DNA of 64,000 bases from Endomicrobiales bacterium (GTDB taxonomy: Bacteria > Elusimicrobiota > Endomicrobiia > Endomicrobiales > CAWCFT01), in NCBI GenBank assembly GCA_963794945.1, contig CAWCFT010000011.1, forward strand, positions 32,001 through 96,000, read 5' to 3'. The notes under the pieces were generated by a model that saw only the letters and a list, made by a program, of their open reading frames with translations, did no database searches and was not told where the DNA came from. The translations under genes and the position numbers were made by a program. How positions within the stretch are numbered: the first letter of the stretch is position 1; each line of letters opens with the position of its first letter. Of the stretch, positions 1-9,906 are shown piece by piece.

Positions 1-1075
1 CCGGCCTTTGCCCGGCATTGAAAAGGTCTGTTTCCAGGTATATCTGTCCATCGGTGATTGATATAACGTTTGTAGGAATGTAAGCCGAGACGTCATTGGC
101 CTGGGTTTCTATAATAGGAAGTGCGGTCAATGACCCGGCCCCGCGTTCATCGGATAATTTCGCCGAGCGCTCCAGAAGCCTCGAGTGCAGGTAGAATATG
201 TCGCCCGGGTAAGCTTCTCTGCCAGCCGGCCTTTTTAAGAGGAGCGATATCTGCCTGTATGCCCAGGCGTGTTTCGTGAGGTCGTCATAAACCACAAGCA
301 CGTCTTCACCTTCGTTCATGAAGTATTCGCCTATCGCACAAGCCGCGAACGGGGCTATGTACTGAAGTGCCGCCGGGTCGGACGCGCTCGCCGCTACGAC
401 TATCGTGTAGTCCATCGCGCCTTCTTCCTGAAGTTTCGCTATGGTCTTTGCGACGCTGCTGTTCTTCTGGCCGATGGCGCAGTAAATGCAGATTACTTTC
501 TTAAGCCCCAAATCCATTTTTTTCTGGTTGATTATAGTGTCGAGCGCTATCGCTGTCTTTCCCGTGTTCCTGTCGCCGATGATAAGCTCTCTCTGCCCTC
601 TGCCTATGGGAATAATGGCGTCCAGGGCTTTGATACCGGTCTTTAACGGTACCTTTACCGGCTGCCTGTCGATAACTTTCGGGGCCGGGCTTTCAAGCGG
701 GTACAACCTGCCGGTATTCTTGAGTTCTTTGCCGTCCAGAGGAACCTGCAGCGGGTTTATCACCCTTCCTATAAGTTCTTCGGATACCATTACGCCAAGC
801 ACCTTGCCGGTAGTCTTGACCTTCATCCCTTCCGTGATGTCACGGGCATCTGAAAGAAGAATAATGGATACGTAATCCTCGTCGAGGTTGAAAACGAGCC
901 CCCTGGACCCGTCCTCGAACTCTACTTCTTCTCCAAAACCTACTTTTGAAAGGCCCGTCGCCCTCACCGTGCCGTCGCCCACTGTATCAACGATACCCTG
1001 GTTGACAAGCTCGGGAGATACTTCAACTGAAAATAACTTTTCTTCGATCTGTTTAAGCAGTTCTTCTGGTTTCAT
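1..1075 (-). CDS. atpA: F1 ATP synthase subunit alpha (runs off the window start)
   Basis: Manual translation from ATG at 1075: [19 protein letters not shown]..., ...[28 protein letters not shown] (Walker A), ...[20 protein letters not shown]. Confidence 0.97.
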   Translation of the reverse strand, partial: MKPEELLKQIEEKLFSVEVSPELVNQGIVDTVGDGTVRATGLSKVGFGEEVEFEDGSRGLVFNLDEDYVSIILLSDARDITEGMKVKTTGKVLGVMVSEELIGRVINPLQVPLDGKELKNTGRLYPLESPAPKVIDRQPVKVPLKTGIKALDAIIPIGRGQRELIIGDRNTGKTAIALDTIINQKKMDLGLKKVICIYCAIGQKNSSVAKTIAKLQEEGAMDYTIVVAASASDPAALQYIAPFAACAIGEYFMNEGEDVLVVYDDLTKHAWAYRQISLLLKRPAGREAYPGDIFYLHSRLLERSAKLSDERGAGSLTALPIIETQANDVSAYIPTNVISITDGQIYLETDLFNAGQRP

Positions 1076-1104
1076 GTTTATCCTTCACTTCGTTCAGGCA
1101 CTAA

Positions 1105-1176
1105 TTGATTACAGTGATTACATAATAAGCCAAGATTTTGATCATCGCAATCGTTGTTAGAAATCACCGTAATCAA
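1105..1176. repeat. Intergenic inverted repeat
   Basis: ttgattacagtgatt (1105-1119) / aatcaccgtaatcaa (1162-1176), 14/15 complementary. Confidence 0.6.
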
Positions 1177-1199
1177 GTATAGGTTTTTAGATTCCTATA

Positions 1200-1562
1200 C
1201 TATAAGTTCTCTTTTATCCCGTTAATAGCCCTTTCAATTATATTTTTTACGCTTAACCTTACTATATTGTCGCCGTGTTCAAGCACCATGCCTGCGCCAA
1301 GCGACGGATCGGTCTCATAACGTATATCCCGCCCCTTAAATACTTCGCCTATCGTTTTTCTCGTGCCTTCATCGGACACGCCTGCAGTGCTGACACTGAC
1401 CCGCCTCTTGCTTGTTTCATTCTTCAGATAGAGCATGTACTTTTTGAGGTCCCGCTTGGGAAGCGTCTCCAGAGCGTACTTCTGCGCGGCCTCGCCTTCC
1501 GGCCCGGCCAAAAATGCCATTGACGCAAGTTCCCTCAAAACGCTGTCTTTCATCCAGCCCAT
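1200..1562 (-). CDS. atpH: ATP synthase delta subunit, short form
   Basis: Lies between atpF and atpA; C-terminal delta motif 'YETDPSLGAGMVLEHGDNIVRLSVK'. Confidence 0.8.
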   Translation of the reverse strand: MGWMKDSVLRELASMAFLAGPEGEAAQKYALETLPKRDLKKYMLYLKNETSKRRVSVSTAGVSDEGTRKTIGEVFKGRDIRYETDPSLGAGMVLEHGDNIVRLSVKNIIERAINGIKENL

Positions 1563-1650
1563 CCTGTCTTAGCAAGACAAGCAAACATGATACATGCTAA
1601 TAAAGTGTTAATTTTACATAAACTGCCAAATTCTACAATATGGGCTGGAT

Positions 1651-2166
1651 TCATATTTTGTCCGCGTCCTTGTGAATGCTCTCTACTGCCCGCTTGAGTA
1701 TTTTCTGTTTTTCTTCTTCGGTAAAAAGCTTCCCTATTACCTCGGTCAACAGCTTCTGCGACAGGTCGAGCGACATGTTCTTGACTTCTTTCTCAACCTT
1801 TTTCATCTCGGCCTGGGCCTGTACCTTGGCCTCGGCCACCATGCGCTCGGACTCGGCCTTGGATTTGGCGGCGAATTCCTGCCGCATATCCTCGGCCATC
1901 TTTTTGGTGTTTTCTATGATCGCGTTCGCCTCGGTCTTAGTTTCCTTGAGCATAGCTTCTCTGTCGATCTTGGCATTATCAAGCGCTTCCTTAGCCTTCT
2001 CGGCGTTCTCAAGGCCCGCCTTTATCTTATCTTCCCTTTCCTTGAATATAGCCAGGATGGGCTTATAGAGAAAGCGTTTGAAGACCCAAGCCAGTATCAG
2101 GAAATTTATGATTTGGGCTATGAACAGCTTCAGGTCAAAACCGAACTGATGTAGTATTTCCATCAT
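1651..2166 (-). CDS. atpF: F0 subunit b
   Basis: 'AQIINFLILAWVFKRFLYKPI' followed by coiled coil. Confidence 0.95.
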   Translation of the reverse strand: MMEILHQFGFDLKLFIAQIINFLILAWVFKRFLYKPILAIFKEREDKIKAGLENAEKAKEALDNAKIDREAMLKETKTEANAIIENTKKMAEDMRQEFAAKSKAESERMVAEAKVQAQAEMKKVEKEVKNMSLDLSQKLLTEVIGKLFTEEEKQKILKRAVESIHKDADKI

Positions 2167-2216
2167 AATGTATTTCCAATATTACCTTTATTTTTTATTA
2201 TCGCAGAATCTAACTG

Positions 2217-2248
2217 CTGGATCCCCGACAGGATCATTCGGGGATGAC
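2217..2248. repeat. REP-like palindrome (GTCATCCCCG family)
   Basis: ctggatccccga-caggatcat-tcggggatgac; a related copy lies at 15605-15662. Confidence 0.6.
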
Positions 2249-2279
2249 ATCGTTGATCACGCGTTGCGGGACGCCGATG

Positions 2280-2605
<326 letters not shown>

Positions 2606-2611
2606 CTTATT

Positions 2612-3334
2612 TTAGTGAGCTTCTCCGTGCGTCTCTGTGAATATGCTCATGAAAGCCATTGTCAGCGCCGCAAATATCAGCGCCTGCACCGAGGCTACTA
2701 TTATCTCCAGCACCAGGAAAGGCAAAGGGACGACGTACGACATAATTGAAGAAACTTTACCCAGCACCATCTCGCCCGCGAAAATGTTCCCGAAAAGCCT
2801 GAACGAAAAAGAAATAAGTTTTGTAACCTCAGCAACAAGCTCAAGCAGCCCTACGAAAAGCAGTATCGGGCTAAGCGAGAAGAAGCGTTTAAGGTAGCCC
2901 TTCACACCGGTAAACTTTATGCTCAGCGCGTGCGTCGCCACAACCGATATCACGGCAAGAGCCAGTGTAGTATTGAGGTCACTCGACGGGATCCTGAAAA
3001 ACGGTATCATCTCTGCGCCCTCTCTAAAGCTCAGAAGCCCGTACCCCGGCAGGAGGCCGAGTATGTTCGCGGTAAAGATGAAAAGGAAAAAGCTCATGAA
3101 CCATGGGAATATGCTCGGAGCGCGCGAGCCCGCGATGTCTTTTGTGGTCGAGAAGAAATATTCTATGAGCATCTCGAAGGTACTCTGGAGTTTTCCAGGT
3201 ATCAGTGATATGCTTTTATAAACAAGAAAGACCAGCGCCAGTATCACGGCATCCGTAAGAAGTGTGCCGGTGACCGTGTCGGTTATTCTGAAACCGAAAA
3301 GAGAAAATAGTTTTTCTGATCCAAGTGGTATCAT
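2612..3334 (-). CDS. atpB: F0 subunit a
   Basis: 'SFSFRLFGNIFAGE' with the essential Arg; 'VQALIF'. Confidence 0.96.
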   Translation of the reverse strand: MIPLGSEKLFSLFGFRITDTVTGTLLTDAVILALVFLVYKSISLIPGKLQSTFEMLIEYFFSTTKDIAGSRAPSIFPWFMSFFLFIFTANILGLLPGYGLLSFREGAEMIPFFRIPSSDLNTTLALAVISVVATHALSIKFTGVKGYLKRFFSLSPILLFVGLLELVAEVTKLISFSFRLFGNIFAGEMVLGKVSSIMSYVVPLPFLVLEIIVASVQALIFAALTMAFMSIFTETHGEAH

Positions 3335-3461
3335 TTATATCCAAAACAGTTCAAACGAATTATATATACAAGTAAACCGCGGGGCTAAAGGGAAACCATG
3401 CGGAGCTTAAAGTTTATTCTTTTTAACAAATATTACAGCGGTGTGTCAAATTCTCAAACAC

Positions 3462-4589
3462 TTAACCGGCCGCCTGTTTCGTTTCCACAAGCCCGACAAA
3501 AAATTCTGCGAGTGTGTTAAGCACCGTCTTAAGCGTCTTGGGTTTGAGTTTTGAAAGTTTTTCCCATATAAGGGGCACGAATGAAAGCGACAGGGATGTT
3601 ATCCTTGGTATCCTGTCAACTGAAAAACGAAAGTATTTTAACGGGGAGAGCATCCACGCCAGCTCCTGCGACAGTTTGGACGGGTCGGTGACCCCTATCC
3701 AGGCGCTGATCAATATCAGAAAAAGGATCCTCAGCGCGAACAAGGCCCCTTCAAGAATGCCGCTGTAAGTGACCTTGAATATCCACCACTCCAAAATTGG
3801 GGCGCCGTGCGTGGAAAATACAGCCGGCAGCACAAAGCTGAACACGACTATACCCCACAGGCTTAAAACCCTTGACCCCGCCGCCTTCTTGTTATCGCCA
3901 TAAACAAAGATCAAGACAAGCACGATAAGTATCAGCGCCAGGTAAGCGTAGACAGATTCTAACACTATCGTGCTGAGCACAAGCACGAAAGCCCCCGATA
4001 TTTTCAGTTTGTCGCTCGCGCGCAGGTCGACATGGTATTTGGCGTCTTCGGGGCCGTTAAAAGACGGGAAGCTGTTCAACTGCTCGTGTTCTATCCTGTC
4101 GAGCACGTATTTGGTCGACCATCCGGCCAGATACCCGCCTATCACCGCCAACAGCACCATGATCGGCGCAAAAACCAGTACAGCCCTATGATGAAAGAGC
4201 CAAAAATATGCCAGGGCGATCTCAGCGACATTATGCACCACCGCGCCTATAATGCTTATCGTTATAATGGAAATAGAGCTTGTATCCCTCACCACGTAAT
4301 ATATGGCCGCCATCACCATAAAGCTTGTTACGGAGCCTGTAAAACTAAGGAACAGCACCGGCGAAAGGAACGTGCCGTTCATGAGGCTTGTTATTATGGG
4401 CCGGAAGATAGCCACCTCAAAACCCGCGGGAGCCCCGAATAGAACTATGCCAAGAAGGGTGGCAATATTGGCAAGCCCTACTCTCAACCCCGGTATAGGC
4501 ACCGGGAAGGGAACGAATGTTTCCGCCAGCTGAAGCGCGGTCCCGCATGCTATAAGGAATGATATTTGGGCTATGTTATATTTTCTCAA
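3462..4589 (-). CDS. Gx-family (heptaprenyl diphosphate synthase component I-like) membrane domain fused to an EcfT/CbiQ-like domain
   Basis: N-half 'PIPGLRVGLANI...SIIGAVVHNVAEI'; C-half 'GALFALRILFLILISAWIGVTDPSKLSQELAWMLSPLK...SLSFVP'. Confidence 0.7.
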   Translation of the reverse strand: MRKYNIAQISFLIACGTALQLAETFVPFPVPIPGLRVGLANIATLLGIVLFGAPAGFEVAIFRPIITSLMNGTFLSPVLFLSFTGSVTSFMVMAAIYYVVRDTSSISIITISIIGAVVHNVAEIALAYFWLFHHRAVLVFAPIMVLLAVIGGYLAGWSTKYVLDRIEHEQLNSFPSFNGPEDAKYHVDLRASDKLKISGAFVLVLSTIVLESVYAYLALILIVLVLIFVYGDNKKAAGSRVLSLWGIVVFSFVLPAVFSTHGAPILEWWIFKVTYSGILEGALFALRILFLILISAWIGVTDPSKLSQELAWMLSPLKYFRFSVDRIPRITSLSLSFVPLIWEKLSKLKPKTLKTVLNTLAEFFVGLVETKQAAG

Positions 4590-4614
4590 AAACTGTGCTC
4601 CGTTTATACGTTCA

Positions 4615-5241
4615 CTATTGTCTTGATATCAGGAACGAGAGGTTCTCGATCTCTATTGACATGTCAATATTCCTGACCTTGACGGGGCCGGCAAGCTTGA
4701 GGTTGATGGGCGCAAAGTTCAAAACAGCCTTAACACCGCACCTGACCGCCTCTTCCGCCATTCCTTGAGCGGCTTCTCTGGGCACAGTTAGTATAGCCAT
4801 GTCTATTTTTTTCTTTATCATGACCTGACACATTGTTTCTGTGCGAAATATCTCCACCCCGTTAATAATTTTACCCAGTTTGCCGGGGTCGGTATCGAAA
4901 GCGGCCACTATTTCGAACCCCTGTTCCTTGAAGCCTTTATAACCCAGGAGCGCCATTCCAAGGTTTCCCACACCCACCAGCGCGACATTCCATTTTCTAT
5001 CAAGTCCGAGTATTTTTCTTATCGACGCCTTGAGCCCTTCTATATTGTAGCCCCTGCCGGGACAGCCGAATTGCCCGAAACAGGCGAGGTCTTTGCGCAC
5101 CTGAGCCGCTGTATAACCAGATATATCGGAAAGTTCCCTGGAAGATATCAGGTCCCGCCCCGAACACTCGTAAAGTATCCTGTAGTAACGTGAGAGCCTG
5201 GGAATGACTTTTTGCGAAACTTTTTTTATTTCCTGTGTCAT
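4615..5241 (-). CDS. rex: Redox-sensing transcriptional repressor Rex
   Basis: 'RLSRYYR..ISSRELS..AQVRKDL..FGQFG..GRGY', 'VGVGNLG', 'VLNFAP'. Confidence 0.96.
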   Translation of the reverse strand: MTQEIKKVSQKVIPRLSRYYRILYECSGRDLISSRELSDISGYTAAQVRKDLACFGQFGCPGRGYNIEGLKASIRKILGLDRKWNVALVGVGNLGMALLGYKGFKEQGFEIVAAFDTDPGKLGKIINGVEIFRTETMCQVMIKKKIDMAILTVPREAAQGMAEEAVRCGVKAVLNFAPINLKLAGPVKVRNIDMSIEIENLSFLISRQ

Positions 5242-5242
5242 T

Positions 5243-5890
5243 TCAGTAACCTAGATCCTCAGGCAGGAGAATAACGTGATAATCAGTGTAGGAAGGTTTT
5301 TTAAGAAGCGTTACCGATATGTTGCATATCCTGTCAGGTGACGAGCAATCAGAGCAAACACCTGTTTCGGCGCACGGGGTCTTGAGCTTAAGCCTTTTAG
5401 TGTTGACCGGTCCCGCTATGAACTCCACACGCTTTTTAGCCAGCTGCTCATCCGGAACGACCTTATTAAAACCGGCAATGGCTATTGCCTTTGCCGGGCC
5501 GAACATCATGCCGGCGGCCCTATTGCCGATCTTATCAACGAACAAAAGTTTTCCGTCAAGCGTCACCGCGTTGGGGCTGGCAATAAAAACATCCGCGGCG
5601 AGGCTTTGCCTGCGGACTTTCATCACTTCTTCTCTGGACATCCCCGGCCTTGGAATTATCAGTTCCGCTCCGCGTTTTTCCAGCGCTTCCTGTATGCCAA
5701 GAGCCAGCGCGGTCTGAGAACCGCCGAAGGCCACGCTTTCTCCGGCCTTCACGAGTTCCAGCAGCCTCGCGAGCGCCGCCTCAGCATTGTCTTCTACGTA
5801 AACTGAAAAATTATTTTTTTTAAGGCTCCGGGCGGCCGTCTCAATAACAGCCTTGCGGTGCCAGCTTATATTTTCGTCCATCGCTGTCAT
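5243..5890 (-). CDS. LUD-domain (lactate utilization C/YkgG-like) protein
   Basis: 'FGGSQT', 'NAVTLDGKLLFVDKIGNR', C-terminal 'TPCAETGVCSDCSSPDRIC'. Confidence 0.85.
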   Translation of the reverse strand: MTAMDENISWHRKAVIETAARSLKKNNFSVYVEDNAEAALARLLELVKAGESVAFGGSQTALALGIQEALEKRGAELIIPRPGMSREEVMKVRRQSLAADVFIASPNAVTLDGKLLFVDKIGNRAAGMMFGPAKAIAIAGFNKVVPDEQLAKKRVEFIAGPVNTKRLKLKTPCAETGVCSDCSSPDRICNISVTLLKKPSYTDYHVILLPEDLGY

Positions 5891-5900
5891 CGCTCCGCTA

Positions 5901-6749
5901 TTACATCTTTTTCTTAAGTTTAGCTCCGCAGGATTCCCTTACGATAAGCTCGCCAAGAAGTTCGGCCTGGAGGTCCTTGTCGGCTTTGCCCTGCATTTGT
6001 TTTATAAGGAATTTAGCCGCGAGAAAACCCAGGTTGTCAAAAGACTGCCTGTACGTTGTAAGCGGCGTAAAAAATGTTGAAGCGAAATCCAGGTCGTCAA
6101 ACCCTACAACCGCGATGTCGTCCGGCACCCTTATCTTTTCGTCAGTCAGCGCCCTCATGACACCGACAGCCATGTAATCGTTAGTGCAGAACACGGCGGT
6201 AAAATTCATGTCCTTGTTGTGCGTGAGGTAAGTCTTCATCCTTTCGTAAGAAAGGGAAACGCTGAAATCACAGTTTATGACCATTTTGGGGTCAAATTCA
6301 ATCCCGTTCTTTTCAAGCGCCTGCCTGAAACCTTTCAGGCGGTCAATGCTGTTCTGGCTGTCAGGAAAACCGTTCACAAGCACTATCTTCTTATGCCCGA
6401 GGCTTATGAGGTATTCCGTCATAGTGGCCGCGCCGAGTACATTATCGGTATCCACCCAGGCAATACGCGGAGAACGACAATTAATAAGAACAGCCGGAAT
6501 GTTGGATTCCTCAAGCTCCACAATGGCTGTACTGTGTATATGCGGGGCTATAGCCAGCAGTCCGCTGTTATCCATCGTATGCGCAGAAACATTTTCAGGA
6601 AGGTTTCCGTCCTGCTGGGCCATGACGAGCGTGTATCCTGCCCCTGCCAGCGCGGAATCGATACCTGATCTAATTTTACGGTAATAATATGACTCCAGAA
6701 AGTGCTTTTCCGGCCTGTTGAGCAAAATAACAGTGTTTTTCAATGTCAT
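5901..6749 (-). CDS. LacI/GalR-type ligand-binding domain without an N-terminal HTH
   Basis: 'YLISLGHKKI', 'AVFCTNDYMAVG', 'VPDDIAVVGFDD', 'PLTT', 'LIVRES'. Confidence 0.85.
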   Translation of the reverse strand: MTLKNTVILLNRPEKHFLESYYYRKIRSGIDSALAGAGYTLVMAQQDGNLPENVSAHTMDNSGLLAIAPHIHSTAIVELEESNIPAVLINCRSPRIAWVDTDNVLGAATMTEYLISLGHKKIVLVNGFPDSQNSIDRLKGFRQALEKNGIEFDPKMVINCDFSVSLSYERMKTYLTHNKDMNFTAVFCTNDYMAVGVMRALTDEKIRVPDDIAVVGFDDLDFASTFFTPLTTYRQSFDNLGFLAAKFLIKQMQGKADKDLQAELLGELIVRESCGAKLKKKM

Positions 6750-6919
6750 CCTTTGGTCCTCCTGATATTAGAAAAACGGCCAAAACATGCTCTAACGTGT
6801 AAAACCTTTACCAGTGCTCCGGATCCCAAAATTCAGCTTACTAAGAATTATATAATATTTTATCTGAAATTACACGTTTATTTAACTATTTTCACATCAA
6901 CAGCGCGAGCTGCATGATG

Positions 6920-7543
6920 TCAAACATACTCGGTTATGTCAGCCAGATTTTTGCGGGGTAAAGCCTGAGGAACGTGCCCCCCCGGCCTGCCTAGCGGGAT
7001 GAGAGCCATAAGTTCATCCGGGGCCGATATTCCGAGCACCCGCTCCAGTTTTTCCCTTGCTATAAGCGGCCCCGTCATCCAGCAGGCGCCGTAGCCGAGC
7101 ACATGCGCCATGAGAATAAGGTTCTCAATTGCCGCCGAAGGCCCCTGCACATCCGCAGATGTCTTTGAAACTTGTATATTGTACCGCTTCATTATTTTCT
7201 GCGTTATGGAAACATAAGGCTTTTTTATTACAGCGATGACAACCGGCGCCTCGTTGAAAAAAGTAAAATTCAACGAGTACGTTTTAAAAACGTTCTTTGC
7301 CTCCGCGAGGCTTATCTTTTCGCTGACCTCGGCTAGCTCGGACTCCACTGCGTCTTTCATAGACTTTTTGATCTCATTTGATGTGGCTATGACAAACTCC
7401 CAGTTCTGCATATTCGTCCCGGAGGGCGCCCATGAAGCCGCTGTTATTATCTTTTCAATATCGCCCGCGGGGACCGGATCAGGCAGGAATTTCCTGATGC
7501 TCCGCCTGGACTTCAATATTTCAAGGAATTCTCCGGCATTCAT
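6920..7543 (-). CDS. Nitroreductase family protein
   Basis: 'RRSIRKF', 'APSGTNMQNW', 'ENLILMAHVLGYGACWM'. Confidence 0.92.
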   Translation of the reverse strand: MNAGEFLEILKSRRSIRKFLPDPVPAGDIEKIITAASWAPSGTNMQNWEFVIATSNEIKKSMKDAVESELAEVSEKISLAEAKNVFKTYSLNFTFFNEAPVVIAVIKKPYVSITQKIMKRYNIQVSKTSADVQGPSAAIENLILMAHVLGYGACWMTGPLIAREKLERVLGISAPDELMALIPLGRPGGHVPQALPRKNLADITEYV

Positions 7544-8496
7544 TTTTTCCTCACGCTGATTATGTCGCCTGCAATGATCTTTGCCAGTTTGTTCCCTCCG
7601 GTTTTAACCCAGAGGTAGCCGTCACTATCAACTTTTTGAGCTATCCCTTCTATGATGCCGTCCCCGCCGTCAATTTTGACGGCCGCGCTGTTCAGCAGCG
7701 ACTTGCTGTTGTATTCGTTCTGGAACCCGGCAAAACCTTTTTCCAGGAAAACATCGTACAGGCCGTAAAACTCGGAAATGACATCGGCCAGAAATTCCGC
7801 CCTGTTGACTTTGCCGCCGGTCGCCTCCGCAAGGCTTACCGCTGTTTGCCTGAGCTCCTCAGGGATCACGTTGTTCACGTTTATGCCTATGCCTATCACA
7901 ACCCAGTTAAGCTTGCCCACCTCGGCTGATATCTCAGTAAGAATGCCGGAGAATTTTTTCTCATCAAGCGTCACGTCGTTCGGCCACTTAATAAGAGGCG
8001 ACAGGCCGAACGCCACTTCAACGGCCCTGCACACGGCAAGCGAAGCGGCGAAAGTTATCTGCAATATCTTGTCAGGCTGAATTTCAGGCTTTAAAATAAG
8101 CGAGAACCAGAGGCCGCCTTCCGGAGATGCCCATTGCCTGCGGCGCTTTCCGTACGACCCGGTTTGCCGCTCAGCGATGACAATAGCCGGCATATCCGCA
8201 TTTTTCTCCGCTATAGTTTTTGCCTCGTCCTGCGTTGAACCGGCAACCGGCAGATAGAATATATTGTGCTTTTGTATGCCGTCTTTCTTGAAGTAATATT
8301 TTAGTTCTTCGGGTGTAACGATGTCAGGCCTGGAAAGCAGAATGTAGCCCGATCTGTTTGTGCCGGTGATGCCGTACCCGGCGTTCCTGAGCTTCTGTAT
8401 CTGTTTGTGCACCCCGGCGCGGGAAATTTTCAAGAGACGGGCTATCTCTTCACCGGACACGAACTCGCTGGGTTTTAGTATCTCAAGTATATGCAT
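7540..8496 (-). CDS. birA: Bifunctional biotin ligase/repressor
   Basis: N-terminal HTH 'SGEEIARLLKISR', 'IKWPNDV', 'KFSGILTE', 'GIGINVN'. Confidence 0.95.
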   Translation of the reverse strand: MHILEILKPSEFVSGEEIARLLKISRAGVHKQIQKLRNAGYGITGTNRSGYILLSRPDIVTPEELKYYFKKDGIQKHNIFYLPVAGSTQDEAKTIAEKNADMPAIVIAERQTGSYGKRRRQWASPEGGLWFSLILKPEIQPDKILQITFAASLAVCRAVEVAFGLSPLIKWPNDVTLDEKKFSGILTEISAEVGKLNWVVIGIGINVNNVIPEELRQTAVSLAEATGGKVNRAEFLADVISEFYGLYDVFLEKGFAGFQNEYNSKSLLNSAAVKIDGGDGIIEGIAQKVDSDGYLWVKTGGNKLAKIIAGDIISVRKK

Positions 8497-8567
8497 ATGG
8501 TTACTTCAGCGTTAAGGGATAAGTGGTAAGCGTAAGTGTTAAAATCTCAACTATTTTTTGCTGCATG

Positions 8568-9422
8568 TTATTTACTGCGTTTGATCTCTAAACTAATATC
8601 AAGCGCCGGGGCGGAATGGGTGAGCGCCCCAACGGAGATGCGGTCGCATCCGGTTTTTGCATATTTTGCCACGGTAAGAAGGTTTATGCCTCCGGATATT
8701 TCTATCTCAGGTGACCTTTTTGAATGGGGGCCCTTATATTTCCTAACTTTCGTTACAGCTTTTTTTACATCAGACACGCTCATATTATCCAGCATTATAA
8801 TATCAGCGCCGGCGGCCAGGGCGTCATCTACTTGGCTAAGGGTATCACACTCAACTTCTATTTTGAGCGACGGGCGGTTCTTCCTTATTTTTTTAACCGC
8901 ATCTCCTATATCACGCACAGCGCTTATGTGGTTATCTTTAATAAGGGCCATGTCCGAGAGGTTCATCCTGTGGTTATAGCCGCCCCCGCAGGTAACCGCG
9001 TATTTTTCGATCGAACGCAGGCCTGGAAGCGTCTTTCGCGTGTCATATATTTTCGCGCCCGTGCCCCGGGTCTTTTCAACGAACTTATGGGTCAGAGTGG
9101 CAACACCGGAGAGGTGCTGTAAAAAGTTCAGCGCTGTGCGTTCGCCGGCCAATATGTCCTTCGCAGGCCCCGCCACCCTGGCGATAATTTTCCCCTTAGC
9201 AACCTTTGTTCCATCAGCCACAAAAGCTTTGGTGCAGCTTTTTGTATCAAGCATCTTGAACACTTCTTTGACTATTTCGACACCGCAAATAACACCGCTA
9301 TCTTTCGCCACCAGGTCTGCTGTAATGAATTTCTTTTCCGGGATAGTCGCCCTCGACGTAACGTCGTGCCACGCATAGTCTTCCTTTAAAGCAAGCCGTA
9401 TGATGTTCTTGATCTGTTCCAT
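8568..9422 (-). CDS. nadC: Quinolinate phosphoribosyltransferase
   Basis: 'ERTALNFLQHLSG', 'DTRKTLPG', 'IKDNH', 'IMLDN', 'SVGALTHS'. Confidence 0.97.
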   Translation of the reverse strand: MEQIKNIIRLALKEDYAWHDVTSRATIPEKKFITADLVAKDSGVICGVEIVKEVFKMLDTKSCTKAFVADGTKVAKGKIIARVAGPAKDILAGERTALNFLQHLSGVATLTHKFVEKTRGTGAKIYDTRKTLPGLRSIEKYAVTCGGGYNHRMNLSDMALIKDNHISAVRDIGDAVKKIRKNRPSLKIEVECDTLSQVDDALAAGADIIMLDNMSVSDVKKAVTKVRKYKGPHSKRSPEIEISGGINLLTVAKYAKTGCDRISVGALTHSAPALDISLEIKRSK

Positions 9423-9452
9423 AGTTTTTTATGAGCCTTTTGATGCGTTATT

Positions 9453-9809
9453 TTATTCAGCTTTTCGGCTGCGCCCGTCGATAATTTTCTTTATTGTGCC
9501 GAGTTCAATAGGCTTCATGAAATAACCGTTGGCGTGCAGTTCCTGAACTTTTTCGTATTCCTTGCTCGAGCCCGTAATAAAATATATATTCGCTTCCTTG
9601 TCAAAGCTCTTTATTGCCTTAAAGACCTCGTCGCCTTTGATGTTTGGAAGCAATATGTCCAGCAAAACCATGTCAGGCCTTTGCGCTTTATATAGATCTA
9701 TAGCCCTGGCCCCATTCTCTGCGCCCATAGGCGCGTGTCCTAACCTCGTCAGGAACCTCACAATGCTGTCTTTTACAAACGATTCATCGTCGACAACCAA
9801 TACTTTCAT
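9453..9809 (-). CDS. Single-domain response regulator (receiver)
   Basis: 'VLVVDD', 'PDMVLLDILLP', 'MKP'. Confidence 0.9.
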   Translation of the reverse strand: MKVLVVDDESFVKDSIVRFLTRLGHAPMGAENGARAIDLYKAQRPDMVLLDILLPNIKGDEVFKAIKSFDKEANIYFITGSSKEYEKVQELHANGYFMKPIELGTIKKIIDGRSRKAE

Positions 9810-9906
9810 AAGGCACCCCCATGGTATCCTTGTTAACTAGCATAAATCGAATTATTCACGCATTATTTTCAGCCTTTAAGAACCTTGTCAGGCCGGGTTT
9901 ATTATA

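Noticed and set aside
3370..3410. c-di-GMP-I riboswitch-like fragment (AAACCGCGGGGCTAAAGGGAAACC)
   Set aside because: It is on the wrong strand for atpB and the first GAAA stem is missing.
8508..8542. Short taag-type heptamer repeats (similar stretch at 62920-62948)
   Set aside because: Too short and degenerate, with no spacers; not CRISPR.
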